Source: an uncultured Planctomycetaceae bacterium
GTDB taxonomy: Bacteria; Planctomycetota; Planctomycetia; Isosphaerales; Isosphaeraceae
Assembly (NCBI GenBank): GCA_963833985.1
Contig: CAWIAD010000001.1
Span: 3,392,001 to 3,456,000 of the forward strand
DNA: 64,000 nt
Reading direction: 5' to 3'
Positions 1 through 11,462 of the stretch are shown here, in pieces. Made by a program: the position numbers and the translations under genes. The notes under the pieces are model-generated. The model did not search any database, was not told where the DNA came from, and worked only from the letters and a program-made list of their open reading frames with translations. Position 1 is the first letter of the stretch, and each line of letters begins with the position of its first letter.

Positions 1-1144
1 CTTTACCTGCTGATCGGACGCGGAGCGTTCTGGCGCGGCAGGGAGTTCGATGACGCCGTTCCGGCGGGGCAGGGCGTCGGCGATCCTTGGCCAGCGGTTA
101 CGGCCGTGATTCCCGCGCGGGACGAGGCCGAAAGCGTAGGTCATACCGTCTCTGCGTTATTGCGGCAGGATTACCCTGGAACATTCAGCGTGATCGTGGT
201 CGACGACCAAAGCCGGGACGGCACCGCACAGGTCGCGCGCGAGGCGGCAGTGGCGCTCGGCGCCGCCGACCGCCTCACCGTGTTGTCCGGCCGGACCCTG
301 CCGGCGGGGTGGACGGGAAAGCTTTGGGCGCAACACCAGGGCGTCGAAGCCGCCGACGGCTGTGCCGCGGCCATCCGACTATCTCCTCCTGACCGATGCC
401 GACATCGTCTACGTCCCGGATGAGCTGGCCAGGCTCGTCGCCCGCGCGCAATCCAGCGGTAACGTGCTGACCTCGCTGATGGCGAAGCTCCGCTGCGAAA
501 GCTTCGCCGAGCGCATGTTCATTCCGGCATTCATCTTCTTTTTTCAAATGCTCTACCCGTTCGCCTGGGCGAACGATCCGCGCCGCAGCACGGCGGCCGC
601 TGCCGGGGGCTGCATGCTGGTTCGCCGCCAAGCGTTGCGTGAGGCGGGCGGTATGGCTTCGATCCGCACCGCGTTGATCGACGACTGCGCGCTGGCAAAA
701 AGGCTCAAAGCCCACGGCCGGATCTGGATCGGATTGACCGACGGCGTCAGCAGTGCACGCGCCTACCCGGCGCTGGAGGATATTCGCCACATGGTTTCGC
801 GCACCGCCTATGCGCAACTTCGCTATTCGCCGCTCCTGCTGGCGGGAACCGTGTTGGGTCTGACGATTACCTATCTGGCCCCGGTACTGCTCGCGGTTTT
901 CGCCGGCGGGACGGCGCAAATCCTCGGCATCGCAGCCTGGCTGCTGATGGCGTTGGCCTTCCAGCCGACGCTGCGCTTCTACCGGGTTTCGCCGCTATGG
1001 GGCCTGGCGTTGCCAGCGATTGCGGCGATCTATATGGCGTTCACCGTCGATTCCGCCTATCAGCATGCGCGCGGGCGCGGCGGCATGTGGAAGGGCCGCT
1101 CCCAGGCAAACGTACAAAGCGACAACGTCTCGGAATTGCGATGA
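1..1144 (+). CDS. hpnB: Hopene-associated glycosyltransferase HpnB (GT2); 5' end outside window, frameshift near 360
   Basis: ORFs 106-423 and 362-1144 join: VIPARDEA, VVDDQS, GWTGKLWA, TDADI, GGCML, IDDCALA, GGMWKGR; directly upstream of hpnCDE-shc. Confidence 0.9.
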
Positions 1145-2037
1145 ACGATGCGAGCATGAGCGACGCCGGCGATTGGCGGTCGGGAAAGGGACACCGGAAC
1201 GAGAATTTTCCGGTCGCCTCGTTCCTCATTCATCCGCGTCATCGCGCGATAATTCTGGCGTTCTACAATTTTGTGCGGACCGCCGACGACATTGCCGATC
1301 ATGCGACGCTCCAGCCGGCGGAGAAGCTCCGCCTGCTGGACCGCCTCGGCGCCGGACTTGTCGGCGACAACGACGCTGACGCGACCGCTATCCGGCTGCG
1401 CGAAGAACTCGCTGCGCGGACGATGTCGCCGCGGCACGCGCAGGATCTGCTGGCGGCGTTCAAGCTCGACGTGACGAAACTCCGCTATCGCGACTGGGAC
1501 GATCTCATCGGTTACTGCTCGCTGTCGGCGATGCCGGTCGGCCGCTTCGTGCTCGACGTGCATGGCGAGAGCCGCAGCACCTGGCCCGCCAACGACGCAT
1601 TGTGCGCGGCATTGCAGATCATCAACCACCTTCAGGACTGCAAGGACGATTATCACGATCTGGACCGGGTCTACATCCCGCTCGATTTGCTGGCGGCGCA
1701 CGGCATTGGCGCGGAAACGCTGAGCGAGCCACAGGCTTCGCCGCCGCTGCTGGCGGCCCTGCACGGTCTTGCCGAACGCACGGGGCGGCTCCTCGCCGAG
1801 AGCGACGTATTTCCGCTGCTGATCAACGACCGCCGCCTCGCGCTCGAAGTTTCCGTCATCAATACGCTGGCGCATCGGCTCACGCGGTTGCTGGTGGCAC
1901 GCGACCCGTTGAGCGAGCGCGTTCATCTTTCCATGCCCGCCGTCGCCGGCCTGACGCTCCTCGGCATCGTTGGCGGCGCGACCCGCCGGCTCGGCCGGCG
2001 GCCGTCGACCACGACACAAAAGCCGCGGGGTGCGTAA
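1141..2037 (+). CDS. hpnC: Squalene synthase-family HpnC
   Basis: HRNENFPVAS, RTADDIAD, YCSLSAMPVGR, INHLQD; ATG overlaps the hpnB stop (ATGA). Confidence 0.93.
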   Translation: MNDASMSDAGDWRSGKGHRNENFPVASFLIHPRHRAIILAFYNFVRTADDIADHATLQPAEKLRLLDRLGAGLVGDNDADATAIRLREELAARTMSPRHAQDLLAAFKLDVTKLRYRDWDDLIGYCSLSAMPVGRFVLDVHGESRSTWPANDALCAALQIINHLQDCKDDYHDLDRVYIPLDLLAAHGIGAETLSEPQASPPLLAALHGLAERTGRLLAESDVFPLLINDRRLALEVSVINTLAHRLTRLLVARDPLSERVHLSMPAVAGLTLLGIVGGATRRLGRRPSTTTQKPRGA

Positions 2038-2859
2038 GTGACGAATCTCAGTCAGGCGGCCCAGACGGCCGCCCGCAGCTCATTTTACACCGGCATGCGG
2101 ATCCTGCCGCGCGCACAGCGCGAGGCGATGTATGAAATTTATTCGTTCTGCCGCAAGGTCGACGACATCGCTGACGATTTTGGCCCGCGCGAGGGACGGC
2201 GCGCGCAATTGGCACGGTGGCGGGCGGACATCGACGCGGTCTATCGCGGTGCCGCGCCGCCGGCGCTTGCCGGGGTTGCCGAAGCGGTGCGCGGCTTCGG
2301 CCTGCAACGCGAGGATTTCATCGCCATTATCGACGGCATGGAGATGGACGTAATCGCCGACATCCGCGCGCCGGACCAGGCGACACTCGATCTCTATTGC
2401 GATCGCGTCGCATGCGCGGTCGGGCGCCTTTCCGTGCGCGTGTTCGGCATGGAACACGAGGCCGGCATCGCACTCGCCCATCATCTCGGCCGGGCGCTCC
2501 AGCTCACAAATATTCTCCGCGATCTGGACGAGGACGCTTCGCTCGGCCGGCTGTATCTGCCGCGCGAAAAGCTGCAGGCGGCGGGTATCACGTCGACCGC
2601 GCCGGCCGAAGTGCTGGCGCATCCGTCGATCGGCAAGCCCTGCGCCGCCATCGTCGCGCTCGCGGAGGCCGAGTTTCATGCCGCCAGGGCGATCATGGCG
2701 AAGAGTCCGCGCCGTGTCGTGCGGGCGCCCCGCATCATGGGCGAGGCTTATCACGTCATTCTGGATACCCTGGTCGCCCGCGGCTTTGCGCCACCGCGTG
2801 AGCGGGTTCGTCTCCCGCGCGCAAAGCTCATCTTCATCGTGTTGCGCAACCTCGTGTGA
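2038..2859 (+). CDS. hpnD: Presqualene diphosphate synthase HpnD
   Basis: SSFYTGMRILP, FCRKVDDIAD, YCDRVA, LQLTNILRD; position in hpnCDE. Confidence 0.93.
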   Translation: MTNLSQAAQTAARSSFYTGMRILPRAQREAMYEIYSFCRKVDDIADDFGPREGRRAQLARWRADIDAVYRGAAPPALAGVAEAVRGFGLQREDFIAIIDGMEMDVIADIRAPDQATLDLYCDRVACAVGRLSVRVFGMEHEAGIALAHHLGRALQLTNILRDLDEDASLGRLYLPREKLQAAGITSTAPAEVLAHPSIGKPCAAIVALAEAEFHAARAIMAKSPRRVVRAPRIMGEAYHVILDTLVARGFAPPRERVRLPRAKLIFIVLRNLV

Positions 2860-4106
2860 TGAGCGGAACGGTTCATATCATCGGCGCCGGTCTCGCCGGC
2901 CTGTCTGCGGCGGTGCGGCTCACGTCGCGGAGCCGGAACGTCGTCGTGCATGAGGCGACCGCTTTTGCCGGCGGCCGCTGCCGTTCGTATCACGACGCGG
3001 CGGTCGGCATGACGATCGACAATGGCAATCACCTCCTGCTGTCGGGCAATCGCGCCGCACTCGATTATCTTCGCAGTATCGGCGCCGAAGATCGGCTGAT
3101 CGGTCCGGCTACGGCAGAGTTTTCCTTTGCCGATCTGGCGAGCGCCGAGCGCTGGACGCTGCGGTTCAACAATGGCCGATTGCCATTCTGGATTTTCGAT
3201 CCCGCGCGGCGCGTGCCCGGCACGCGCGTGCTCGATTATCTGCCACTGGCGCGGCTGCTCTGGGCGCCGGCCGGCAAGGCGGTGAGCGAGGTCATCGCGT
3301 GCCAGGGCAATCTCTATCAAAGATTGGTCGAGCCGCTGCTGCTCGCGGCGCTGAATATCGATGCCCCACAGGGATCAGCGCGGCTTGCGGGAGCGATCAT
3401 TCGCGAGACTCTCGCCGTCGGCGGGCAGGCGTGCCGCCCGCTGATCGCGCGCGAAGGTTTGGGTTCGACGCTGGTTGAACCGGCACTTCAAACGCTGGCG
3501 CAACACAGCGCGACGGTGCGGATGGAGCATCAGTTGCGCGGGATACGCTTCGCGCCCGAGCGGGTGGAAGCGCTCGATTTCGGCAGCGAGACAGTCGCTC
3601 TCAATCAAGGCGACGCAGTCGTCCTGACGGTGCCGCCGTATGCCGCCGCGGCATTGGTGCCCGGCCTCGACGTGCCGACGGCGTTCCACGCCATCGTCAA
3701 CGCGCATTTCCGCATCGAGCCGCCGACCGGGCAGCCGCCGATCCTCGGCGTAATCAACGGCACGGTGCAATGGCTCTTTGCCTTTCCCGGCCGGCTGTCC
3801 GTCACCATCAGCGCCGGTGACCGGCTCATCGACTCGCCGCGGGAGGAATTGGCGAAAACGATCTGGAACGAGGTCGCTCGCTTGACCGGACTTTCGCCCA
3901 CGCTGCCGCCATGGCAGATCGTGCGCGAGCGTCGCGCGACTTTCGCCGCGACACCGGCGCAAGACGCAAAACGCCCCGGCGCGGCAACCAAATGGAGCAA
4001 TCTGGTGCTCGCCGGCGATTGGACAGACACCGGCCTGCCCGCTACCATCGAAGGCGCGATCCGATCCGGCAATCGCGCCGCCGACATGATCGGGAAGCTG
4101 TTATGA
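2856..4106 (+). CDS. hpnE: Hydroxysqualene dehydroxylase HpnE (FAD-dependent)
   Basis: IIGAGLAGL FAD motif, GGRCRSY, DNGNHLLL, LAGDWTDTGLPATIEGA. Confidence 0.93.
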   Translation: MMSGTVHIIGAGLAGLSAAVRLTSRSRNVVVHEATAFAGGRCRSYHDAAVGMTIDNGNHLLLSGNRAALDYLRSIGAEDRLIGPATAEFSFADLASAERWTLRFNNGRLPFWIFDPARRVPGTRVLDYLPLARLLWAPAGKAVSEVIACQGNLYQRLVEPLLLAALNIDAPQGSARLAGAIIRETLAVGGQACRPLIAREGLGSTLVEPALQTLAQHSATVRMEHQLRGIRFAPERVEALDFGSETVALNQGDAVVLTVPPYAAAALVPGLDVPTAFHAIVNAHFRIEPPTGQPPILGVINGTVQWLFAFPGRLSVTISAGDRLIDSPREELAKTIWNEVARLTGLSPTLPPWQIVRERRATFAATPAQDAKRPGAATKWSNLVLAGDWTDTGLPATIEGAIRSGNRAADMIGKLL

Positions 4107-6089
4107 TTGAAGACACCATCGAACGAAGCACGGAGCGGCCCGTGCCTTCTCCTGCAGCGGACGGTGTGCTCGAGGAGCGCATTCAAAAGGCGACGCACGC
4201 GCTGTTGGCACAGCAGCGTCCCGACGGCCATTGGGTGTTCGAGCTCGAGGCCGACGCCACTATTCCGGCTGAATACGTGCTGCTACGGCACTATCTCAGC
4301 GAGCCGGTCGATGCGGCGCTGGAAGCCAAGATCGCGGTCTATCTGCGCCGCATCCAGGGCGACCACGGCGGCTGGCCGTTGTTTCGCGACGGCGCGCTCG
4401 ACATCAGCGCGACGGTGAAGGCCTATTTCGCCCTCAAGATGATCGGCGAATTCCGTCGACGCGGATCACATGCGTCGTGCCCGCGAAGCGGTCCGCGCCC
4501 GCGGCGGCGCGGAGCGCGCCAACGTTTTCACACGCATCATGCTGGCGCTGTTCGGGTTCATCCCGTGGCGGGCCGTGCCGGTGATCCCGGTCGAGGTCAT
4601 GCTGTTGCCGCGGTGGTTTCCCTTCCATCTCGACAAGATTTCATACTGGAGCCGCACCGTTATCGTCCCGCTCTTGGTGCTGATGGTAAAGAAGCCGCGC
4701 GCGCGTAACGCGAAGAACGTCCGCATCGATGAGCTTTTCGTCGCGCCGCCGAGCAGCATCGGCCCGACGCCGAAAGCGCCGCAGCAGAAAGCGTCATGGT
4801 TCTGGTTCTTCCGCGGCGTCGACAACGTCCTGCGCGCGACCGAGCCGATGTTCCCTAAAGCGACGCGCCAGCGCGCCATCGACGGTGCCGTCGCCTGGAC
4901 GATCGAACACCTCAATGGCGAGGATGGGCTCGGCGCGATTTTTCCGGCGATGGCGAATAGCGTGATGATGTTTGACGCGCTCGGCTATGCGGAAGATCAT
5001 CCGCATCGCGCCATCGCGCGCAAATCGATCGAGAAGCTTTTGGCCGTGCACGAGCACGAGGCGTATTGCCAGCCCTGCGTCTCGCCGGTCTGGGATACCG
5101 GGCTTGCCTGCCACGCTTTGCTGGAGGTCGGCGGCGAGCACGCGGTCGCGCAGGTCAAGCGTGGCCTCGATTGGCTGGTGCCGAAGCAAGTGCTCGATGT
5201 CCGCGGCGACTGGATCGCAAGGCGGCCCGATATCCGCCCCGGCGGCTGGGCCTTCCAATACGCCAACCCGCACTATCCCGATGTCGACGATACCGCCGTC
5301 GTCGCGATGGCGATGGATCGCGTGCAGGACCTGTCCGGCCGTGCCGACTATCGCGATGCGATCGCCCGCGCTCGCGAATGGATCGTCGGCATGCAGAGCG
5401 AGAACGGCGCCTGGGGCGCCTTCGATGCCGACAACGAATATCATTATCTCAACAACATACCCTTCGCCGACCATGGCGCGCTGCTCGATCCCCCGACCGA
5501 GGATGTCACCGCGCGCTGCCTGTCGATGCTTGCGCAGTTCGGCGAAACCGCGGCGAGCAGCGCGGCGGTCGCACGCGGCGTCGACTATCTGCGGCAGACA
5601 CAACTCGCCGAAGGAAGCTGGTACGGCCGCTGGGGCCTGAATTACATCTACGGCACCTGGTCGGTGCTTTGCGCCCTCAACGCCGTCGGCGTCGATCATG
5701 GCGCGCCGGAGATGCGCAGGGCGGTCGACTGGCTTGTCGCCATTCAGAACGACGACGGCGGCTGGGGCGAAGACGGCGCAAGTTACAAGCTCGACTACCG
5801 CGGTTACGAGCAGGCGCCGTCAACGGCATCGCAGACGGCCTGGGCGCTGCTCGGGCTGATGGCCGCCGGCGAGATCGATCATCCGGCGGTTGCGCGTGGC
5901 ATCGGCTATCTGTCCGAGACCCAGGGCGCCGATGGTTTCTGGGACGAGCCGCGTTATACCGCGACGGGCTTTCCCCGCGTGTTCTACCTGCGCTACCACG
6001 GCTACGCGAAATTCTTCCCGGTATGGGCCATGGCGCGTTACCGCAATCTCAAAAGCGGCAATGCACAGGCGGTAGCCTACGGGATGTAG
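4103..6089 (+). CDS. shc: Squalene-hopene cyclase (HpnF); frameshift near 4450
   Basis: GHWVFELEAD, DVDDTA catalytic motif, QW repeats, GSWYGRWG, GFPRVFYLRY; N-terminus in ORF 3911-4708, remainder in ORF 4470-6089. Confidence 0.95.
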
Positions 6090-6121
6090 CGGCTTACTGA
6101 TGTCGGGATGTAAAAGTCATT

Positions 6122-6152
6122 TTCAGGGCCGGCCTGTTGGACCGGCCCTGAA
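6122..6152. terminator. Hairpin between convergent shc and hpnH, probable bidirectional terminator
   Basis: TTCAGGGCCGG-N9-CCGGCCCTGAA, 11-bp perfect stem. Confidence 0.55.
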
Positions 6153-6164
6153 TGATCGGCGAGG

Positions 6165-7328
6165 CTAGGCGGCGCTGACGGTCGGCTTCGGTGCTGCCTT
6201 CGCCGCTTTTTCGCGCGCTTCATTGGCCCGGATCGCCGACAGCGTCTGCTGCACTTGGCCGTCGAAGACGTATTGTGCCGGACGCTGATTTTGGAGCGAG
6301 ATTTCCGGAGCCATCGGCCCTTCGGTTTTCACCCCGCGCCAGGCGATCGCCAGCGCTTCGAGCGGGTGATCTATCATTGCTTCCGTCGCGGTCGCCTCGT
6401 AGCCGCAATGCGCCATGCAGTTCGCGCACTTCTCGTAGCGGCCGGTTCCATAGGCGTCCCAGTCGGTGGTCTCCATCAGGTCCTTGAAGGTCTTCGCGTA
6501 ACCTTCGCCGAGCAGATAGCAGGGCTTCTGCCAGCCGAAGATGTTGCGTGTCGGCATGCCCCAGGGAGTGCAGTGGAATTCCTGGTTGCCGGCGAGAAAG
6601 TCGAGGAACATGGCGGAGTGGGTTAGATTCCACTTCTTGCCTTTGCCAAGCGCGAAGACGTTGCGGAACAGTTCTTTGGTGTTGCGGCGAGCAAGGAAGT
6701 GCTGCTGGTCCGGCGCTCGCTCATAGGCATAGCCGGGGGAGATCGAAACCCCGACGCCGAGCTCCTCGGCGAGATCGAGAAATTTGGCGATATCGGCGGG
6801 TGGATGGCCGTCGAAGATCGTGCAGTTGACGTTGACCGCAAAACCTTTGGCCTTGGCGGCCTTTATCGCGGACACGGCCTTTTCGAAGCCGCCTTCCAGG
6901 CACACCGATTTGTCGTGATGCTCTTTGATTCCGTCGAGATGCACGGAGAAGAACAAATAGGGCGACGGCTCGAACACGTGCAGTTTCTTCTCGAGCAGCA
7001 GCGCATTGGTGCACAGCGAGACGAATTTCTTGCGTGCGACGATGCCTTTGACGATCTCGCCGATCTCCTTGTGGATCAGGGGTTCGCCGCCCGGAATGGC
7101 GACCATCGGCGCGCCGCATTCGTCGACTGCGTCGAGGCATTCCTGAACCGACAGGCGTTTGTTCAGGATCGCGTCAGGATAATCGATTTTGCCGCAACCG
7201 AAGCAGGCGAGATTGCATCGGAACAATGGTTCGAGCATCAGGACCAGCGGGTAGCGCTTGCGTCCGGCCAGCCGCTGCCGAAGCACGTAAGCGCCGACGA
7301 CCGCCTTCTGTCGTAGTGATACAGCCAC
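6165..7328 (-). CDS. hpnH: Adenosyl-hopene transferase HpnH (radical SAM)
   Basis: LMLEPLFRCNLACFGCGK (CxxxCxxC), CTPWGMPTRNIFGWQKPCY, CANCMAHCGYE. Confidence 0.95.
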   Translation of the reverse strand: MAVSLRQKAVVGAYVLRQRLAGRKRYPLVLMLEPLFRCNLACFGCGKIDYPDAILNKRLSVQECLDAVDECGAPMVAIPGGEPLIHKEIGEIVKGIVARKKFVSLCTNALLLEKKLHVFEPSPYLFFSVHLDGIKEHHDKSVCLEGGFEKAVSAIKAAKAKGFAVNVNCTIFDGHPPADIAKFLDLAEELGVGVSISPGYAYERAPDQQHFLARRNTKELFRNVFALGKGKKWNLTHSAMFLDFLAGNQEFHCTPWGMPTRNIFGWQKPCYLLGEGYAKTFKDLMETTDWDAYGTGRYEKCANCMAHCGYEATATEAMIDHPLEALAIAWRGVKTEGPMAPEISLQNQRPAQYVFDGQVQQTLSAIRANEAREKAAKAAPKPTVSAA

Positions 7329-7379
7329 AATTCCATCCTTCTTCTTGGTATTGACGTTGTTGCCGCCCCGGCGTCGCGA

Positions 7380-8336
7380 TCAAACCTTGGCGGTCGCCCG
7401 CTGTGCTGTCCTGACATCCGTCAGTTCGGGCGGCAGACGAAATTCGATGGTTTCCTGGCGGCCGGTCAGTTCCGCGACGTCAACCGGCCCGAGCCGGCGC
7501 AACGCGTCGATAACGTCCTCCACCAAAACCTCCGGCGCCGAAGCGCCGGCCGTGATGCCGACCGTATGCGCACCGTTGAACCATTCCTGCTGCACCTCAC
7601 TGCCGTCGGCGATGAGGTAACAGGGAATTCCCGCCTCGTTGCCGATCTCGCGCAGGCGATTCGAATTCGAACTGTTCTTGGCGCCCACGACCAGAATAAC
7701 GTCCACCAGCGACGATAGTTCGCGCACCGCGGTCTGTCGGTTTTGCGTCGCGTAGCAGATGTCGCGCGTTTCCGGTCCGACAATATCGGTGAACTTCCCA
7801 TGCAACGCGGCGATGATCCCGCGGGTGTCGTCGACGCTGAGCGTCGTCTGCGTCACGTAAGCGACCGGCGTGTCGTGGGGAATATCCAGAGTGTCGACGT
7901 CGTTCTCGGTCTGCACGAGTGTCACCGGCTCGGATATCTGCCCCATCGTGCCCTCGACCTCCGGATGCCCGGCATGGCCGATCAGAATAAGGCGGCGCCC
8001 CTGCGCCACGTAACGCTTGCCTTGATTGTGCACCTTCGTGACCAGCGGGCAGGTGGCGTTCAGCACCGGGAGTTCGCGCTGTGCCGCTTCCTCCTCAACG
8101 CTCTTGGCGACGCCATGGGCGCTAAAGATGGTGACCGCATGCGGTGGAACCTCGGAGAGGTCCTCGACGAAATGCGCGCCTTTGGCCTTTAGGCTCTCAA
8201 CGACGTGCTTGTTGTGCACGATTTCGTGGCGCACGTAGACCGGGGGACCGTATTTTTGCAGGGCGCGCTCGACGATCTCGATCGCACGGACCACGCCCGC
8301 GCAAAAACCGCGCGGCTGAGCGAGTATCACCTTCAT
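7380..8336 (-). CDS. ispH: 4-hydroxy-3-methylbut-2-enyl diphosphate reductase
   Basis: [47 protein letters not shown]. Confidence 0.96.
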   Translation of the reverse strand: MKVILAQPRGFCAGVVRAIEIVERALQKYGPPVYVRHEIVHNKHVVESLKAKGAHFVEDLSEVPPHAVTIFSAHGVAKSVEEEAAQRELPVLNATCPLVTKVHNQGKRYVAQGRRLILIGHAGHPEVEGTMGQISEPVTLVQTENDVDTLDIPHDTPVAYVTQTTLSVDDTRGIIAALHGKFTDIVGPETRDICYATQNRQTAVRELSSLVDVILVVGAKNSSNSNRLREIGNEAGIPCYLIADGSEVQQEWFNGAHTVGITAGASAPEVLVEDVIDALRRLGPVDVAELTGRQETIEFRLPPELTDVRTAQRATAKV

Positions 8337-8812
8337 CCATGACCTCCAGGCGGGGCACCGGACTGCGGCGTTGCGCCGCAACGGGAGCCGTCCGTCGCTT
8401 TCACGTCCAATACTTTGGCTACATCATCGTGACAACCAAATTGGGCCACGATGCCACGCCAATCAACCCCCAATCGAACCCGTTTAGGGTTGTCGCTTCC
8501 GAGCCTTACCAATTCCACCATGGAGCGGAAACGCGCCATTTGTCCAGTTTACCATGCCCGGGGAACATACCAGCCTTCGCGGATCCCTTGGTCCCGCCCC
8601 TCCGAACTAGGAAAATATCCTGATTCACTTTTCGGGCATTTCAGGGCATTTAATGGCGCCCCCTAGCTTGCCCGGGCATGCCGTGACCGATATGCACGCG
8701 GATTGGCCCCGTCGCGCGACCGCAGTGGCGCGCGCCATCATGTCAAACGCACGCGCTTTCATTTTGTTCTTATGTTAACCCCTCAAACGCCGGTTTCCCA
8801 TAATTAGAGCCC

Positions 8813-11452
8813 ATGAAAACGATCACCGCTTTCGTCGTTCGCGCGATTGGCTTTTGCACGCTCTACCCCCGCCGGGTCATCGTGGGGGCGATTATCGTTA
8901 CCATCGTGTCGTCGTGGTATGCGGCAACGCATTTCTCCGTGACCACCGACATTAACCAGCTGCTCTCGACCAGTAGTCCGGGACGGCAGCGGGAATTGGC
9001 GTTCGAAAAAGCCTTCCCGCAATTCGACACCATCGTCGCGGTCGTCGACGCACCCACCCCGGAATTGGCCCAGGAAGCGACCGCCGCGCTGGTGGCGCGA
9101 CTGGCGCCGGAGAAAAATTTTTTCAAATCAATCATCGAGCTTCAGGGCGGCGTTTTTTTTGCGCAGAACGGCCTGCTGTTCCAGAGCGTCGAACAGCTCG
9201 GGCCGCAGATGAATTTGCTTACTCAGGCGCAGCGGCTCATTCAGGTGCTGGCAGGCGATCCGAGCCTGCGCGGCGTGGTTCGCGCATTGCAGTTCGGCCT
9301 CCTGGGCGTGCAATCCGGCAAAATTAGTCTCGACAACATGATCTGGCCGCTCACGCTCGCGGCCAACACGATCGACCAGGTGAACGAGAACAGGCCTGCA
9401 AGCTTTTCCTGGCAGGCGCTGATGCAGGGACACGAGCCAAAATCCTCCGAGCTTACCCGATTTTTGCAAATCGTCGCCGTGCTCGATTTCTCCGAACTGC
9501 AGCCTGGCCTCAAGGCAACCGGCGCCATTCGCCAGGCCGCAATCGACCTCGACCTCGCGTCCAACTATCAGGCGCGCGTGCGTCTCACCGGCCCCGTGCC
9601 GATGAACGACGACCAGTTCGCGACCATCAAAGAAAATGCCGGGCTCAACGCGACCGTGACGATTGCGGTCGTCCTCTTCATCCTGTGGTTGGCGCTGCGC
9701 TGGGGCCGGATCATCCTCGCGGTTTTTCTCAGCCTCGTCGTCGGACTCTCGGTGACCGCGGCGCTCGGCATCGTCATGGTCGGCGCCTTCAACCTGATTT
9801 CAGTTTACTTCGCCGTGCTGTTCGTCGGTCTCGGCGTCGATTTCGGAATTCAGTTCAGCGTCCGCTATCGAGCCGAACGGCACGAAGTCGATGGTCTCTT
9901 CGAAGCGCTGCTGCATGCCGGCCGGCGCGCCGGCGCGCCGCTGACGCTGGCGGCGCTCGCCACGGCCGCCGGCTTCCTCGCTTTCCTGCCGACAGCGTAT
10001 CGCGGGCTGTCCGAGCTCGGCCTGATTGCCGGTGTTGGCATGTTGATCGCGTTCCTCACCAGCATCACCTTGTTGCCGGCCCTGTTGAGCCTGCTCAAGC
10101 CGGGCAGCGAGCCGCGGCCGCTCGGCTACACGTACCTGGCACCCGTCGACGAATTCCTTGAGCGCCATCGCGTGCCGATCCTCATCGTGACCGTACTCAT
10201 CATCCTCGGGGCGTCGCCGCTGCTCCTTTGGCTGCGTTTCGATTTCAATCCAATGAATCTGCGTGACCCCAGAACGGAATCGGTCGCGACCTATCTTCAA
10301 CTCGAACGTGATCAGGCAGGCGGTAACAACGATGTCGCCGCTCTGGCGCCAACGCTGGCGGAGGCGGACGCAGTTGCCGTCAAGCTTCGGGCGCTGCCGC
10401 AAGTCGCGCGGGTAACGACGCTTTCCACGTTCATCCCGACGGATCAGGACAAAAAACTGCCGTTGATCAAGAGTGCGGCGGAGACGCTTGATCCGGCTCT
10501 TTCGCCGGCCACGATTAGCCCGCCGCCGACGGACGCAGATAACATCTCGGTCATCAACAGTACGGTCAATGCGCTCAATCAGTTTGCTGCCGCTTCGCCG
10601 GGTCCCGGTGCCGACGCCGCCAAGCGTCTCGCGGCGGCGATGGCGACGCTTGCCAAGGGCGATCAGGCGGCCCGCCAGCGCGCCGACACGGCTTTTGTCC
10701 AGCCGCTGAAAACGGCGCTCGACAACCTGCGCGGGCTTCTCAAGGCGCAAGAGGTTACCCGGAACAACCTGCCGGCGGAACTGGTGGGCCAATGGATCAC
10801 AAAAGACGGGCAGGCGCGCCTGGATGTGGCGCCGAGCGGCAATGCGCGCGACAACGCGACGCTGCGGACGTTTGCGCGCGCCGTGCAGAAAGTCGAGCCA
10901 AACGCGACCGAGGGGCCAATTTCGATTCTCGAAGCACGCCGCACGATCATTACCGCGTTTCTCGAGGCCGGCGCCTGGGCTCTGCTGTCGATCGCCGTCC
11001 TGCTGTGGATCACATTGCGGCGGCTGGGCGACGTGCTGCTGACGCTCATTCCGTTGCTGGTGGCCGGAGTGGTCACGCTGGAAATCTGCGTCTTGATCGA
11101 TATGCCGCTGAACTTCGCCAACATTATCGCGCTGCCGCTGCTGCTCGGTGTCGGCGTGGCCTTCAAAATTTACTACATCATGGCTTGGCGCGAGGGACAG
11201 ACCAGATTGTTGCAATCGGTGCTGACGCGCGCGGTCACGTTCAGCGCGTGCGCGACGGCGACCGCCTTCGGCAGTCTTTATTTCTCAAGCGATCCCGGCA
11301 CCTCGAGCATGGGCAAGCTGCTTGCCATCTCGCTGCTGACGACGATGACGGCAGCAGCGTTCTTTCAGCCGGTGCTGATGGGCAAGCCGCGTGAGAAAGA
11401 ACCCCGGAAGCACCAGCAGGAGAGCCCGGCGGCCGCAGTGCCGGCGAAGTGA
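8813..11452 (+). CDS. hpnN: Hopanoid transporter HpnN (MMPL/RND family)
   Basis: 879 aa with two transmembrane bundles, GLGVDFGIQF, TATAFGSL, GTSSMGKLL; in hopanoid cluster. Confidence 0.92.
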   Translation: MKTITAFVVRAIGFCTLYPRRVIVGAIIVTIVSSWYAATHFSVTTDINQLLSTSSPGRQRELAFEKAFPQFDTIVAVVDAPTPELAQEATAALVARLAPEKNFFKSIIELQGGVFFAQNGLLFQSVEQLGPQMNLLTQAQRLIQVLAGDPSLRGVVRALQFGLLGVQSGKISLDNMIWPLTLAANTIDQVNENRPASFSWQALMQGHEPKSSELTRFLQIVAVLDFSELQPGLKATGAIRQAAIDLDLASNYQARVRLTGPVPMNDDQFATIKENAGLNATVTIAVVLFILWLALRWGRIILAVFLSLVVGLSVTAALGIVMVGAFNLISVYFAVLFVGLGVDFGIQFSVRYRAERHEVDGLFEALLHAGRRAGAPLTLAALATAAGFLAFLPTAYRGLSELGLIAGVGMLIAFLTSITLLPALLSLLKPGSEPRPLGYTYLAPVDEFLERHRVPILIVTVLIILGASPLLLWLRFDFNPMNLRDPRTESVATYLQLERDQAGGNNDVAALAPTLAEADAVAVKLRALPQVARVTTLSTFIPTDQDKKLPLIKSAAETLDPALSPATISPPPTDADNISVINSTVNALNQFAAASPGPGADAAKRLAAAMATLAKGDQAARQRADTAFVQPLKTALDNLRGLLKAQEVTRNNLPAELVGQWITKDGQARLDVAPSGNARDNATLRTFARAVQKVEPNATEGPISILEARRTIITAFLEAGAWALLSIAVLLWITLRRLGDVLLTLIPLLVAGVVTLEICVLIDMPLNFANIIALPLLLGVGVAFKIYYIMAWREGQTRLLQSVLTRAVTFSACATATAFGSLYFSSDPGTSSMGKLLAISLLTTMTAAAFFQPVLMGKPREKEPRKHQQESPAAAVPAK

Positions 11453-11462
11453 AAGCGCCGGC

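Noticed and set aside
4103..6089. shc and other split genes as pseudogenes or programmed frameshifts
   Set aside because: Splits are scattered over many unrelated housekeeping genes without shared slippery motifs; sequencing error is more parsimonious
8760..8780. LexA box upstream of hpnN
   Set aside because: GTTCTTATGTTAACC does not fit the alphaproteobacterial GTTC-N7-GTTC spacing
9800..11215. Long antisense ORFs (e.g. 471 aa opposite hpnN; 445 aa at 28443-29780)
   Set aside because: Shadow frames typical of high-GC coding DNA, fully overlapping well-supported genes
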